From Saprospiraceae bacterium (GTDB taxonomy: Bacteria; Bacteroidota; Bacteroidia; Chitinophagales; Saprospiraceae), in contig CBFHTK010000004.1 of NCBI GenBank assembly GCA_965658745.1, positions 55,960 through 119,959 of the forward strand: a stretch of DNA of 64,000 nt. Direction: 5' to 3'. Below, piece by piece: positions 28,120 to 37,961 of the stretch. The notes under the pieces are model-generated. The model was not told the DNA's origin, made no database searches, and worked only from the letters and a program-made list of their open reading frames with translations. A program made the translations under genes and the position numbers. Each line of letters begins with the position of its first letter. Position 1 is the first letter of the stretch.

Positions 28120-29119
28120 GAGAGTTGAAGCTTTTAGTGAATTAGGAAGCAAACTAAAGGAAGCAGATTTAAAGGATGTCATTGATAAGGCAGTGATACA
28201 TAATTCATGGTTTACTGAACAAAGCGTTGTATTTGCACTTAATTCCGTGATTGAAGAAATGCTTGATTTGTCAAAACTCAATGAGTGGGTTTCAAAATAT
28301 TCGATTCCGGACCAAAAAGAAAATAAGATAGTTGCATTGATTCTTGCTGGAAATATTCCTGCAGTCGGGTTTCACGATGTGCTATCAGTTTTGATTTTTG
28401 GGCATCAAGCCCAAATTAAACTTAGTTCGAAAGATGCAGTCGTAATACCCTTTATTTTAGATAATTTGTTGGAAATTGAACCGAGATTTCAAGAACAAAT
28501 TGAATTCGTTGATCGCGTGCATGGCTTTGATGCAATTATTGCCACAGGAAGTGATAACACTGGATCTTATTTTGAGCACTACTTCAAAAAATACCCTCAT
28601 ATAATTCGGAAAAATCGTAAAAGTATTGGAGTAATTGATTCTTCGACTTCAGATGACGACATAAGAGCAATGGGAGAAGATATATTTAAGTTTTTCGGTT
28701 TAGGGTGTCGTAACATATCTAAATTGTACGTGCAAAATACTGTAGATCTTACTAGAGTAATGGAAATATGGCACGAACAAAAGGAGATAATCCTTCATAA
28801 TAAGTACAAGAACAACTACGATTATAACTACACCGTTTTTCTTTTGAATAAAGAGAATTTTCTAATGAATGGAGCACTTTTGCTACGTGAAAATCAATCT
28901 CTTCATTCCAGAATAGCATGTGTACACTATGAAACTTTCAATGAAATAGAAGATTTAAATTCTAAAATTGATTCAGAGAGAGATTCACTGCAATGTATCG
29001 TATATCAGAATACGGCTAAAATACCAGAGTGTATTCTTCCGGGAACAACTCAGAAACCACAGTTGTGGCAATATGCGGATAATGTAGATATTGTTCAGTT
29101 TTTAACCAGTATTGCATGA
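28106..29119 (+). CDS. LuxC-like acyl-CoA reductase family protein
   Basis: 337 aa. The block VALILAGNIPAVGFHDVLSVLIFGH and the overall length match the acyl-CoA reductase (LuxC-like) proteins I recall from Flavobacteriia. No LuxE or LuxD partner is present in the window. Confidence 0.5.
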   Translation: MDVNRRVEAFSELGSKLKEADLKDVIDKAVIHNSWFTEQSVVFALNSVIEEMLDLSKLNEWVSKYSIPDQKENKIVALILAGNIPAVGFHDVLSVLIFGHQAQIKLSSKDAVVIPFILDNLLEIEPRFQEQIEFVDRVHGFDAIIATGSDNTGSYFEHYFKKYPHIIRKNRKSIGVIDSSTSDDDIRAMGEDIFKFFGLGCRNISKLYVQNTVDLTRVMEIWHEQKEIILHNKYKNNYDYNYTVFLLNKENFLMNGALLLRENQSLHSRIACVHYETFNEIEDLNSKIDSERDSLQCIVYQNTAKIPECILPGTTQKPQLWQYADNVDIVQFLTSIA

Positions 29120-29766
29120 AACAGAAGGAAAAGGCCGCAATCATAAGCCAAAGATTAGAAGCTCTATATCCAGAAACACCTGTACCACTAGATCATCAAG
29201 ATCCCTTTACTTTATTGATAGCAGTATTGCTTTCAGCTCAATGTACGGATGCTAGAGTAAATCAAGTAACTCCTTATTTGTTTGCTAAAGCAGATACTCC
29301 TGAAAAGATGTTGAATCTCGAAGTCGAAGAGATCAGAAGTATCATCAAGCCTTGTGGATTATCACCCACAAAGTCCAAAGCTATTTATAAGCTGTCAGAA
29401 ATACTATTAGCAAAATATGATGGCGAAGTTCCCTATGAGATGGAATTACTCGAAGAATTACCTGGTGTCGGGCACAAAACTGCTTCAGTAGTCGTCTCTC
29501 AAGCTTTTGGACAACCAGCATTTCCAGTGGATACACACATTCATCGACTAGCTTATCGATGGAAATTAAGTACTGGTAAGAATGTGCAGAAGACGGAGAC
29601 TGATTTAAAAAAGCTTTTCCCTAAAGAGTCCTGGAATAAATTACATTTACAAATAATATTTTTTGGCAGAGAATATTGCCCAGCTAGAGGACATAACCCT
29701 TACAAATGCCCAATTTGCAAAGATTTTGGAAGAGCTTTGCTATTTAAGCAGTTCGATAAAAAATAG
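29116..29766 (+). CDS. nth: Endonuclease III
   Basis: 216 aa with the helix-hairpin-helix LPGVGHKTASVV and the catalytic region PVDTHIHR. It also has the C-terminal 4Fe-4S Cys cluster CPARGHNPYKCPICKDF. An ATGA overlap joins it to the upstream gene. Confidence 0.9.
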   Translation: MKQKEKAAIISQRLEALYPETPVPLDHQDPFTLLIAVLLSAQCTDARVNQVTPYLFAKADTPEKMLNLEVEEIRSIIKPCGLSPTKSKAIYKLSEILLAKYDGEVPYEMELLEELPGVGHKTASVVVSQAFGQPAFPVDTHIHRLAYRWKLSTGKNVQKTETDLKKLFPKESWNKLHLQIIFFGREYCPARGHNPYKCPICKDFGRALLFKQFDKK

Positions 29767-31029
29767 TTCTTGGCTCGATCTATTGGGATTGTTTCTAATT
29801 CCTTCGATCCAAAATACCTCGGTTTCATAGGCTAGGACCCAAAGCCTAGACCTTTCAATCTTAGGAATTTTATGCTCTAAAAAGACTTTTTTTAGTTTCT
29901 TTTTACCGTAGGGGAACTTCATATAATCACCTGCTAGCCAATTTCTAAACATTAGCTTTGAATTTTGTTTTGATAGCGGAATACCGATGATTTCTCCGCG
30001 AAATTCTTTCGGTTGGGCTTGATATATCAGGATTTTTTCCAGATCAGTATGACTAATGTTTTCAAAGGGATAAGGAATTTGGCGAGATCCAGATAATTCA
30101 GTTTTTTGATAAAGATATAAGGTTGACTGAAATAGATTTAATTGCACTTGGTCACCAATCCATATTTGACCTGAATTTTGAGCGGACAGTATTTCATTCA
30201 CTTGTGAAATATTGAAACCTCGATTCTTTAGAATTCTATGAAGTAAGAGTTTCGGACAATGATGCCTTTTGACGAGATCTAAAGGAATTGAAAGCATAAC
30301 TCGCTTTTTCTTCACATGATTCAGTGTCCAAATCTCCACCTCTTTTTCTATCCACTGATTTGCTTCTTTAAGATATTCTATCGATTTATGAGTAGACTCA
30401 ACAAAATTTTCATCCCATTTCAAAAGCTTTGGGACTACTGTATTTCTGAATTCGTTTCGGTTATAATTGTTTTGGTAGTTGCTTTGGTCAATGATATGCT
30501 GAATACCTTTATTATGACAGTACTCATCAATCTCTTCTGTAGTTAAATGGAGTAGTGGCCTTACGATATTATTTTGTTTCATTTCAATACCGAGTAAACC
30601 TTCTAGACCTGATTTTTTCGAGAGGTTGAGAAAGAAGCTCTCGACCGAGTCTTGTTGATGATGACCTGTTGCAATTACTGTATAGTTTTCTTGACTAAGT
30701 TTCTCCTGTAAAACTTGATAGCGAAATTTTCTAGCTTGATCTTGAAAATTTGAATTTTGATTTTGACTGTTATAATGGAATTTACGATAATAGTATGGAA
30801 TTTCCCACATGCTAGCTACTTTGGCAACATGCAGACTGTCACTAAAACTTTCTCCTTCTCTGCTCAGATGGTCAATATACATAAGGCCGATTGAGTATCC
30901 AGCCTCGCGCAGTAAATATGCCAGTACCATAGAGTCTCTACCGCCGCTACATGATACAAGAATTCGATCTTCAGGAGAGCAAAGTTTGTTCTCATCAATC
31001 TGAAACATGAATTTAGCTAGTAAATCCAT
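29740..31029 (-). CDS. tilS: tRNA(Ile)-lysidine synthetase
   Basis: 429 aa with the PP-loop VSCSGGRDS near the N-terminus and ATGHHQQD further on. Its 3' end overlaps the convergent nth by 27 nt. Confidence 0.85.
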   Translation of the reverse strand: MDLLAKFMFQIDENKLCSPEDRILVSCSGGRDSMVLAYLLREAGYSIGLMYIDHLSREGESFSDSLHVAKVASMWEIPYYYRKFHYNSQNQNSNFQDQARKFRYQVLQEKLSQENYTVIATGHHQQDSVESFFLNLSKKSGLEGLLGIEMKQNNIVRPLLHLTTEEIDEYCHNKGIQHIIDQSNYQNNYNRNEFRNTVVPKLLKWDENFVESTHKSIEYLKEANQWIEKEVEIWTLNHVKKKRVMLSIPLDLVKRHHCPKLLLHRILKNRGFNISQVNEILSAQNSGQIWIGDQVQLNLFQSTLYLYQKTELSGSRQIPYPFENISHTDLEKILIYQAQPKEFRGEIIGIPLSKQNSKLMFRNWLAGDYMKFPYGKKKLKKVFLEHKIPKIERSRLWVLAYETEVFWIEGIRNNPNRSSQELFFIELLK

Positions 31030-31032
31030 AAT

Positions 31033-32061
31033 CTATCGGATTCCTCGCTGGTTTAACCAACTTCTATAAATTGCGGCGTTCCGATTATGACCACTAAGTG
31101 TTTTGGCAAAAGCATGCTCACCGTTGCTTTCAGGTTTCGCACAAAAGTATAAGAAATCGTGTGCCTCTCTATCAAGTACGCTTTCGATACCCGATATAGT
31201 AGCCATGCCGATCGGTCCAGGAGGTAATCCAGGATTCTTGTAAGTATTATATGGATGGTCGATTTCAAGATGCTTATTAAGAACTCTTCTCAAGGTAAAG
31301 TCACCTACCGCGAATATTACAGTTGGATCAGCCTGCAGCGGAATGCCTTTTTCTATTCTGTTCAAGTATACCCCAGCAATTCTAGGCTTCTCATCTTGTT
31401 GAATACTTTCTTTATCCACAATACTGGCTAAAGTATAAACCTCAGATGTGGTTAAATCCAACTTTTTAGCTTTGGCTGATCTCTCCTCGTTCCAAAACTT
31501 ACCGTGCTCTTTGACAAGTCGATCAACAAGTAGTTTTGGACTTGTGTTCCAGTACACCTGATAAGTGTTTGGAATGAATAAGGTCATTTTTTCATCATTT
31601 GTTATATTGTAGGAGTTTGTAATTGTGTCAGACTCGAGAAATCGTAGCATCTCAATAGAATCTATAATCACATTTTGAGCAATTTTACCTGCTAATTCGT
31701 CTAATGTTCGCACATTGTTAATTGTGAGCTTAACAGGATCTTGATTTCCACTTCGCAAGTCCGAAATTAACGATCGGTATGAAGAATTTGCCTGAATTTT
31801 GTAGCGACCAGGTTTCACACTCTTTTGATAAGACATCAATCTAGAAACTAATTCAAAATTCGATCTGCTATCAATAAGTTTTTGAGAATCTAGAGTACTT
31901 ACTACATCATCAAAATTGTCGGAATTATCTATATAAAAGATCTTATCTTGACCATTGCGATTAACATGCTCACCGTAAATGATATTATTTCCCAAAAATG
32001 CAAGGATACCAGCCACTGCAATCAGTACCAATAGAACACCTATAAAAATCTTTTTTTTCAT
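31033..32061 (-). CDS. mltG: Endolytic murein transglycosylase MltG (YceG family)
   Basis: 342 aa with an N-terminal anchor. It has the YceG blocks ASIVDKE, AGVYLNRI, LQADPTV, YNTYKNPGLPPGPI and HAFAKTLSGHN. Confidence 0.88.
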   Translation of the reverse strand: MKKKIFIGVLLVLIAVAGILAFLGNNIIYGEHVNRNGQDKIFYIDNSDNFDDVVSTLDSQKLIDSRSNFELVSRLMSYQKSVKPGRYKIQANSSYRSLISDLRSGNQDPVKLTINNVRTLDELAGKIAQNVIIDSIEMLRFLESDTITNSYNITNDEKMTLFIPNTYQVYWNTSPKLLVDRLVKEHGKFWNEERSAKAKKLDLTTSEVYTLASIVDKESIQQDEKPRIAGVYLNRIEKGIPLQADPTVIFAVGDFTLRRVLNKHLEIDHPYNTYKNPGLPPGPIGMATISGIESVLDREAHDFLYFCAKPESNGEHAFAKTLSGHNRNAAIYRSWLNQRGIR

Positions 32062-32064
32062 GAA

Positions 32065-32883
32065 TTAGTACTGTTCTGATTCATTTGGAAAATCACCTGA
32101 TTTGACGTCCTTAATGTATTTTTCGACACCCATTTTAATGTCATCAAATAAATTTAAATATCTACGTAGAAATCGAGGATTAAACTCTTTTGTAATCCCA
32201 AGAAGATCATGCAGTACGAGTACTTGGCCATCTGCATGTTCGCCAGCTCCGATACCTATCAAAGGCACATTTACTAGTTCACTTACAGCTCTAGTAAGTC
32301 TTGCAGGGATCTTTTCGAGAACTATTCCAAAACAACCAATTGACTCTAGAAGCTGTGCATCAGAAAGTAACTTAGAAGCTTCTGCTTCCTCTTTAGCTCT
32401 CACTGTATACGTGCCAAATTTATATATGGATTGTGGGGTCAAGCCCAAATGTCCCATTACGGGAACACCTGCACTTAGTATTCTTTTGATCGAATCCTTT
32501 ACTTCTGATCCGCCTTCCAGTTTCACACCATGTGCACCTGATTCTTTCATGATTTTGATAGCGGAGTTTAGTGCTTTTTTTGAATCACCTTGATACGTGC
32601 CGAAGGGTAAATCAACAACTACAAACGCTCTATTCACACCTCTTACGACAGATTGTGCGTGATAAATCATTTGGTCAAGTGTGATAGGAAGGGTAGTTTC
32701 GTGTCCAGCCATAACATTTGAAGCACTATCACCTACTAGAATGACATCAATTCCAGCATCATCGATGATCCTAGCCATTGAGAAGTCGTATGCTGTCAGC
32801 ATACTGATTTTCTCTCCCTCATCTTTCATTTCTTGAAGTCTGTGAGTAGTGACCTTCTTTATTGAGTTTTTTGCTGTAGACAT
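32065..32883 (-). CDS. panB: 3-methyl-2-oxobutanoate hydroxymethyltransferase
   Basis: 272 aa with the blocks [27 protein letters not shown] and [10 protein letters not shown]. These are characteristic of PanB. Confidence 0.9.
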   Translation of the reverse strand: MSTAKNSIKKVTTHRLQEMKDEGEKISMLTAYDFSMARIIDDAGIDVILVGDSASNVMAGHETTLPITLDQMIYHAQSVVRGVNRAFVVVDLPFGTYQGDSKKALNSAIKIMKESGAHGVKLEGGSEVKDSIKRILSAGVPVMGHLGLTPQSIYKFGTYTVRAKEEAEASKLLSDAQLLESIGCFGIVLEKIPARLTRAVSELVNVPLIGIGAGEHADGQVLVLHDLLGITKEFNPRFLRRYLNLFDDIKMGVEKYIKDVKSGDFPNESEQY

Positions 32884-32956
32884 TTTATTTCTTTTGAAGG
32901 CGAAAGCTAAGAAAATTCGATTTAATTACTATTTTAACTTCATAAAAATTGATCGA

Positions 32957-35614
32957 TTGAAATTCAAAAGCTATGTTTTCCTATTGCTCTTATTGTGTAG
33001 TACGCCTGAAGAAGGCCTATCTCAAGTGTCGGATAAAATGCTGGATAGCTTGGTGGAAGTCTATGCTAGTATTGAAAGACCAGAGTTAGAAGAATTCTTA
33101 AGGAATTTCAATAATACAGAATCCTTGAAGGATGCTCTCACCGTTTGTTTTGTGAATATTGCTAGGAAAAATATTCATAATGGAAGTTTAGACAAGAGTA
33201 TTAGCATTCTCAGTTTGCTGATTATACAAAATGAACTATCACTTGAAAAGGAGCTACAGATTAGATACTTGCTTGGATATTGTTACTTCGCATCCCGCAT
33301 GTTTTCAAAGGCAATTGCAGAGTATAGTTTTGTTTTAGAAAATAGCCAAGTCAAATCAACTAAGGATTTATGTACATTTTATCTTGCTAATCTATACTTC
33401 TTGATGGGAGAATACAATCTAGGTTTAGAGGTGTTGAAAAGAACTGAGAACTCAATACGGAATTCCGATCTTTTAGTGAAAATACTGAACTTAAAAGCCC
33501 AGTTTTATTCAAAGATGTCGAATGAAAAGAAAGCTTTATCAACAATTGATCAGTCCATCGCTAGTTGTTCTACTTCGACAGAACTACACCAAGGCAACTT
33601 TATTAAGGCTAATATTCTTCTTAGTTATGGAAGAAATGAGAGAGCACTTCTACTTTTTAAAAGGAGTTTAGTATATAAAACAAAAGTAAGCAACATCATC
33701 AAAACCTACAACAACATCAGCTATGCATATATAAAACAGGAATCCCCAGAAGCATTAAAATATATCAATCTCTCAAGGCAATTGTTGGATTCAATGTTCA
33801 CTACGACTTATCATAATCAGTTCGCAGTAATGTTTCAAAATTTAGCTGAGTATCATGCAATGAATAATGATTATGACTTAGCGCTGAGAACAATAGATAC
33901 TTGCATTTATAATCATTGCTATGAAAATGCGATCTCGGGATCACCCACAGATTATTCAATTGAATTGTTTTTTTTGGAAGACAAGTTAAGCTTGACGGAC
34001 TTTTATGAAGTCAAATTGGACATCTTACATCAAGCAAGGGAGGCTGGAGTAGAGGGTGTAGAGCACAGAATCGAGAGTTTATATAGCGAGATAGATGAGC
34101 TTATTCAGTCAATAAGAGAGGAGCGGTTTGATGATCAAAACAGATTTTTTCAACAGTCAAAGTTATCTAGGTTCTACAGAGCTGCATACTTGTACTTTGT
34201 AGAGAAAGATGATCTTGAAAAGGCATACTACTTTCTGCAACAGATGAAAAGTATAATTTTATTAGAGAAAATACAGCATCATAAGGCACATCAGCTATTG
34301 CCTGCCAAAGAGCAGAAGATTCTCGAGTCTTTTCAAGATTCAATCAAAAGCTTAGGTAGTGAACAAAATGATTCAATTGATCGAACTGCAGATCTTCAGC
34401 GTATACAAGTGTCTTATTTGAATTATCGTAATCAACTAAAGCATCGTTTTCCGCAGTATTTCGAAGCTCGATTTTCAGAGCAAAAGTTAGATTTGAAATC
34501 AAGTATAAGCCAGATCAAGAAGGAAGAAATGCTAGTCGACTATTACCTAGATACGAGTTCCGTTCATATTTTCACTATTTCAAGAGCTGCTGGATTGAAC
34601 TATGAGGAAATCACCTTTTCTACAGAAGATCGTGAAAGACTTGAGCTTCTAATTACTGATATCCGCTCGGAACCAAGTATTATGGATTGGTCATATGAAT
34701 CTATGCAGGCTTTTCAGAATGAAAATAGACTGCTTACTCAAAAGCTGATCAGACCTTCAATGGAGAATGCTAAGCATTTGATAATTATCCCTCATAACGA
34801 GTTGCTGTATCTTCCATTTGAGGCTCTCTACAATGCTAAAAATAATTGCCCATTTCAGATATGCGAACGATCATTTTCATATGCTTATTCACATTTTCTC
34901 TGGAGCAAATTACATGCAAAGAAGTCAGATGAAGATCTTAGTGTAATGGTATACAGTCCGTATGAGAATCAAAATGAACAGGACTTTTTGCCAAATGCTA
35001 GGATTGAGTCTTCCATTATTTCTCAGTTCTTCAATACAGAGATTTTTTCAAGCTTAGAAAAAGCATCCTTTTTTGCTGAATGCGAGAATAAAACTATTCA
35101 TCATATTCTTTCACACGCAAATCTAGATGAACAGAATTCTAGCTTGACCAATGTTTCACTTGGTCCCGATAGAGAAAAAATCTACATGCAGGATATTGTT
35201 TCAAATCCGTTTAATTCTTCAATGGTCGTTCTCAGTGCTTGCAATTCGGGGAACGGGTCATTTGTGCAAGGTGAAGGGGTATTATCACTTGCAAGATCAT
35301 TCATTGAATCAGGTGCTGAATCCATAGTTATGTCAGGACACGCTGTTCCAGATTATGCGAGCAGTCAGATCATGACTGTTTTCTATGAAGAATTGGCTAA
35401 TGGTGCTTCAAAGCATCAGGCCTTGTCAAAATCAAAGAAACAGTACATAGAGTCAAGTTCTCAGATGCATCAACATCCCTATTATTGGGCGGGGTTTGTT
35501 TTACAAGGGAATGACAATGCACTTATTCAGAAAGAGATACCATATTTGGCAATCATTGGATTAACAATAGTAGCCATTGTATTGATAAGCTTTTGGTCAA
35601 AAACTAGGTCATAA
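32957..35614 (+). CDS. Exported TPR-repeat CHAT-domain (caspase-like) protein with C-terminal TM anchor
   Basis: The open frame begins at 32849 but overlaps the divergent panB start. An in-frame TTG at 32957 yields a clean signal or lipoprotein-like peptide (MKFKSYVFLLLLLCS). The N-terminal two-thirds look like TPR repeats. The C-terminus carries a CHAT domain and then a TM helix (LAIIGLTIVAIVLISFW). Confidence 0.8.
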   Translation: MKFKSYVFLLLLLCSTPEEGLSQVSDKMLDSLVEVYASIERPELEEFLRNFNNTESLKDALTVCFVNIARKNIHNGSLDKSISILSLLIIQNELSLEKELQIRYLLGYCYFASRMFSKAIAEYSFVLENSQVKSTKDLCTFYLANLYFLMGEYNLGLEVLKRTENSIRNSDLLVKILNLKAQFYSKMSNEKKALSTIDQSIASCSTSTELHQGNFIKANILLSYGRNERALLLFKRSLVYKTKVSNIIKTYNNISYAYIKQESPEALKYINLSRQLLDSMFTTTYHNQFAVMFQNLAEYHAMNNDYDLALRTIDTCIYNHCYENAISGSPTDYSIELFFLEDKLSLTDFYEVKLDILHQAREAGVEGVEHRIESLYSEIDELIQSIREERFDDQNRFFQQSKLSRFYRAAYLYFVEKDDLEKAYYFLQQMKSIILLEKIQHHKAHQLLPAKEQKILESFQDSIKSLGSEQNDSIDRTADLQRIQVSYLNYRNQLKHRFPQYFEARFSEQKLDLKSSISQIKKEEMLVDYYLDTSSVHIFTISRAAGLNYEEITFSTEDRERLELLITDIRSEPSIMDWSYESMQAFQNENRLLTQKLIRPSMENAKHLIIIPHNELLYLPFEALYNAKNNCPFQICERSFSYAYSHFLWSKLHAKKSDEDLSVMVYSPYENQNEQDFLPNARIESSIISQFFNTEIFSSLEKASFFAECENKTIHHILSHANLDEQNSSLTNVSLGPDREKIYMQDIVSNPFNSSMVVLSACNSGNGSFVQGEGVLSLARSFIESGAESIVMSGHAVPDYASSQIMTVFYEELANGASKHQALSKSKKQYIESSSQMHQHPYYWAGFVLQGNDNALIQKEIPYLAIIGLTIVAIVLISFWSKTRS
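34780..35512 (+). other. CHAT protease-like domain
   Basis: The segment runs LIIIPHNELLYLPFEAL ... HHILSHANL (His codon 35114-35116) ... MVVLSACNSGNG (Cys codon 35240-35242) ... SLARSFIESGAESIVMSGHAV ... HPYYWAGFVLQGN. This is the canonical CHAT block order with both catalytic-dyad positions present. Confidence 0.75.
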
Positions 35615-35657
35615 AAAAGGCCACCGAGCGATAACGCCGGCAGCCTTATTTTTTTCT
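35613..35657. terminator. Candidate bidirectional terminator between the CHAT gene and pdhA
   Basis: GGCCACCG (35619-35626) pairs with CCGGCAGCC (35637-35645), with a 2 nt internal bubble. An A6 run lies upstream and a T-rich run downstream. It sits between convergent stops. Confidence 0.45.
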
Positions 35658-35673
35658 TAGAATATTACAGCAG

Positions 35674-36720
35674 CTATGTCAAGTAAGGATAGTCTTCTTG
35701 TACGTAGTTTTCAGAATATAATTCAGATCCATCGGGATAGTCTGACTCATCAGCGAACTTGTATGCTGCATTGACTTCATCAACTATGCTTTTCTTGATT
35801 TCATCGACCTCTTTTTGAGACGCAATTTTGTCTTTTACGATCTTTTGTTCAACGACAATTACTGGATCTTTTTCCTTGTAGCTGTTCAATTCGTCCTTTG
35901 TACGATATTTAGCTGGATCCGAAACAGAATGTCCTTTATATCTGTATGTTTTGATTTCTAGGTAATAGGGTCCTTTACCTGATCTGATGTGTTCAGAGGC
36001 TCTCAAGAATGCTTCGTGTACTGAAGCTGGATCCATACCGTCTACTGCCTCACTTGGCATGTCAAATGCGGAACCAATTTTGTATAAATCTTGAACATTG
36101 CTGGTTCGCTCAACAGAAGTACCCATTGCATAACCGTTGTTTTCACAAATGTAGAGAACAGGAAGTTTCCAAGTCATTGCCATATTAAAAGACTCGTATA
36201 AAGCACCTTGTCTAGCTGCACCATCTCCAAACATTGTAACACATAGGTTGTCAGTTCCTTTGTATTGCTCAGCAAAAGCTATACCTGTGCCTATAGGAAT
36301 TTGAGCCCCTACAATTCCGTTTCCACCAAAATAGTTGTGCTTCTTACTGAAAAAGTGCATCGAACCACCTTTACCTTTTACACAGCCAGTTTCTTTACCA
36401 AATAGTTCAGCCATGCAAGAATCTGAACTCAGACCGCGTGCTAACCCTACTCCATGCTGGCGATATGCAGTAACTACAGCGTCTTCTTTACGAATTCCAG
36501 TTACAAGTGCAGCACCTATTGCTTCTTGACCAATATATACATGGCAAAAACCACGTATCTTTTGCTGAGAATATGCTAGTAAGGTTTTCTCTTCAAATTT
36601 TCGAATTCTATACATTGTTTCAAACCAAGTCAACCATGTTTTTTTATCGTATTTTTTTACAGACTTTTTTCTAGCTGTCGGATTTTTTCCTGTCTTCGCT
36701 TTTGCTACTACTTCTGCCAT
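35674..36720 (-). CDS. pdhA: Pyruvate dehydrogenase (acetyl-transferring) E1 alpha subunit
   Basis: 348 aa with the TPP-binding region GDGAARQGALYESFNMAMTWKLPVLYICENNGYAMGT and YRYKGHSVSDP. No E1-beta or E2 gene is adjacent in this window. Confidence 0.85.
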   Translation of the reverse strand: MAEVVAKAKTGKNPTARKKSVKKYDKKTWLTWFETMYRIRKFEEKTLLAYSQQKIRGFCHVYIGQEAIGAALVTGIRKEDAVVTAYRQHGVGLARGLSSDSCMAELFGKETGCVKGKGGSMHFFSKKHNYFGGNGIVGAQIPIGTGIAFAEQYKGTDNLCVTMFGDGAARQGALYESFNMAMTWKLPVLYICENNGYAMGTSVERTSNVQDLYKIGSAFDMPSEAVDGMDPASVHEAFLRASEHIRSGKGPYYLEIKTYRYKGHSVSDPAKYRTKDELNSYKEKDPVIVVEQKIVKDKIASQKEVDEIKKSIVDEVNAAYKFADESDYPDGSELYSENYVQEDYPYLT

Positions 36721-36784
36721 TTTCTTACTGCTTATCTTGTTGTTTATTGAAGGTCAAATTGTATTTTCGCACTTTATCGCTTCG

Positions 36785-36792
36785 CAAATATA
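36785..36792 (-). promoter_or_regulatory. Bacteroidota -7 box candidate (TATATTTG on the minus strand)
   Basis: CAAATATA on the plus strand, 65 nt upstream of the pdhA start (36720). Confidence 0.35.
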
Positions 36793-36820
36793 ATGGAATT
36801 TTAATTTTTCATACTCGGCT

Positions 36821-37927
36821 ATGCTCATATCTCACATTCATATTGTAAACTATAAAAACTATGAAGATGTTCATGTCGATTTTCATCCGCAATTTAATGT
36901 GATAACTGGGTATAATGGTGAAGGTAAAACAAATCTAATAGATGCTATTCACTATTTGGGCTTGACCCGATCATATTTTCTTTCTACAGACACCCATAAT
37001 TACCGACATGAATCGGACTTCTTTAGATTGGACGGGCTCTTTGTTCAAGATGAAACAGAGCATCGAATAGTTTGCAAAACACAAAAGCGAAAACCCAAGG
37101 TTTTTGAAAAGGATGCCAAGAAGTACGAAAGGTTGGTGGATCACATTGGCCTGATACCAATTGTCATGATCGCTCCGAAAGATGGTAATATCATCAACGA
37201 GGGCAGTGTTGAAAGGCGGCGCATAATTGATACTACAATTAGTCAGTTGGATTCCGATTATCTAGAATGTCTAATGGAGTACAATTATATCTTGAAGCAA
37301 AGAAATCAGCTGCTTAAATCTGATGAAGAACATAGGATTGATCTATCGCTACTAGATGTATACGATCAGAAATTAAGCATAACTGGTTCGACTATTTTCG
37401 ACAAAAGAAAGGCTTATTTAGAAGAGTTGAAAGACATATTTCTAGATAAATATGAATTCATAAGTGGGGGCAAAGAGATATCTGATCTAACCTACAAGTC
37501 TAAATTGTCAGAGACTGCATTGCACGTATTACTTAAGGAAAATCGAAAAAAGGATTTAATCCTGCAGCGCACATCTGTAGGTATACACAAAGATGATCTA
37601 GTTTTTCTAAATAATGGCTCACCAATAAAGTTTATTGGGTCGCAAGGACAACAGAAATCTTTTGTTCTAGCACTTAAATTAGCTCAATTTGAATTAATCA
37701 AAAAGCATAGGCAAGTTAGTCCCATCATCTTACTAGATGATATATTTGATAAGCTAGATTCTAGTCGTGTAATGCATTTGATTAAATTGCTGAATAATGC
37801 AAAACTTGGGCAAATCTTTATTACAGATACAGAGAAAGATCGTTTGAATCATATTTTTGAGGAACTGAATTTTGATTTTGCACTTTATGAAGTTGCCGAT
37901 AATCAGGTTCTTCCGGTCACATTGTAG
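36821..37927 (+). CDS. recF: DNA replication/repair protein RecF
   Basis: 368 aa. Walker A is GYNGEGKTNLIDAI, followed by SQGQQKSFVLALKLAQ and then Walker B/D-loop ILLDDIFDKLD. Confidence 0.88.
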   Translation: MLISHIHIVNYKNYEDVHVDFHPQFNVITGYNGEGKTNLIDAIHYLGLTRSYFLSTDTHNYRHESDFFRLDGLFVQDETEHRIVCKTQKRKPKVFEKDAKKYERLVDHIGLIPIVMIAPKDGNIINEGSVERRRIIDTTISQLDSDYLECLMEYNYILKQRNQLLKSDEEHRIDLSLLDVYDQKLSITGSTIFDKRKAYLEELKDIFLDKYEFISGGKEISDLTYKSKLSETALHVLLKENRKKDLILQRTSVGIHKDDLVFLNNGSPIKFIGSQGQQKSFVLALKLAQFELIKKHRQVSPIILLDDIFDKLDSSRVMHLIKLLNNAKLGQIFITDTEKDRLNHIFEELNFDFALYEVADNQVLPVTL

Positions 37928-37961
37928 CCCAAACTTACGTGCTATATTACAAAATCTTTAC

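Noticed and set aside
32102-32593. 163-aa ORF antisense to panB
   Set aside because: A shadow ORF inside panB with no start context, no motif and an odd Ser/Pro-rich composition.
32849-32956. N-terminal extension of the CHAT ORF (ATG at 32849)
   Set aside because: It overlaps the divergent panB start by 35 nt and would place 36 non-signal residues before an obvious signal peptide. I prefer the TTG at 32957.
37872-37961. Upstream extension of the DUF721-like ORF into recF, and similarly 47170-47235 for rimM
   Set aside because: The extensions overlap the preceding genes by 56-77 nt. Internal ATGs give proteins of typical length with short or no overlap.
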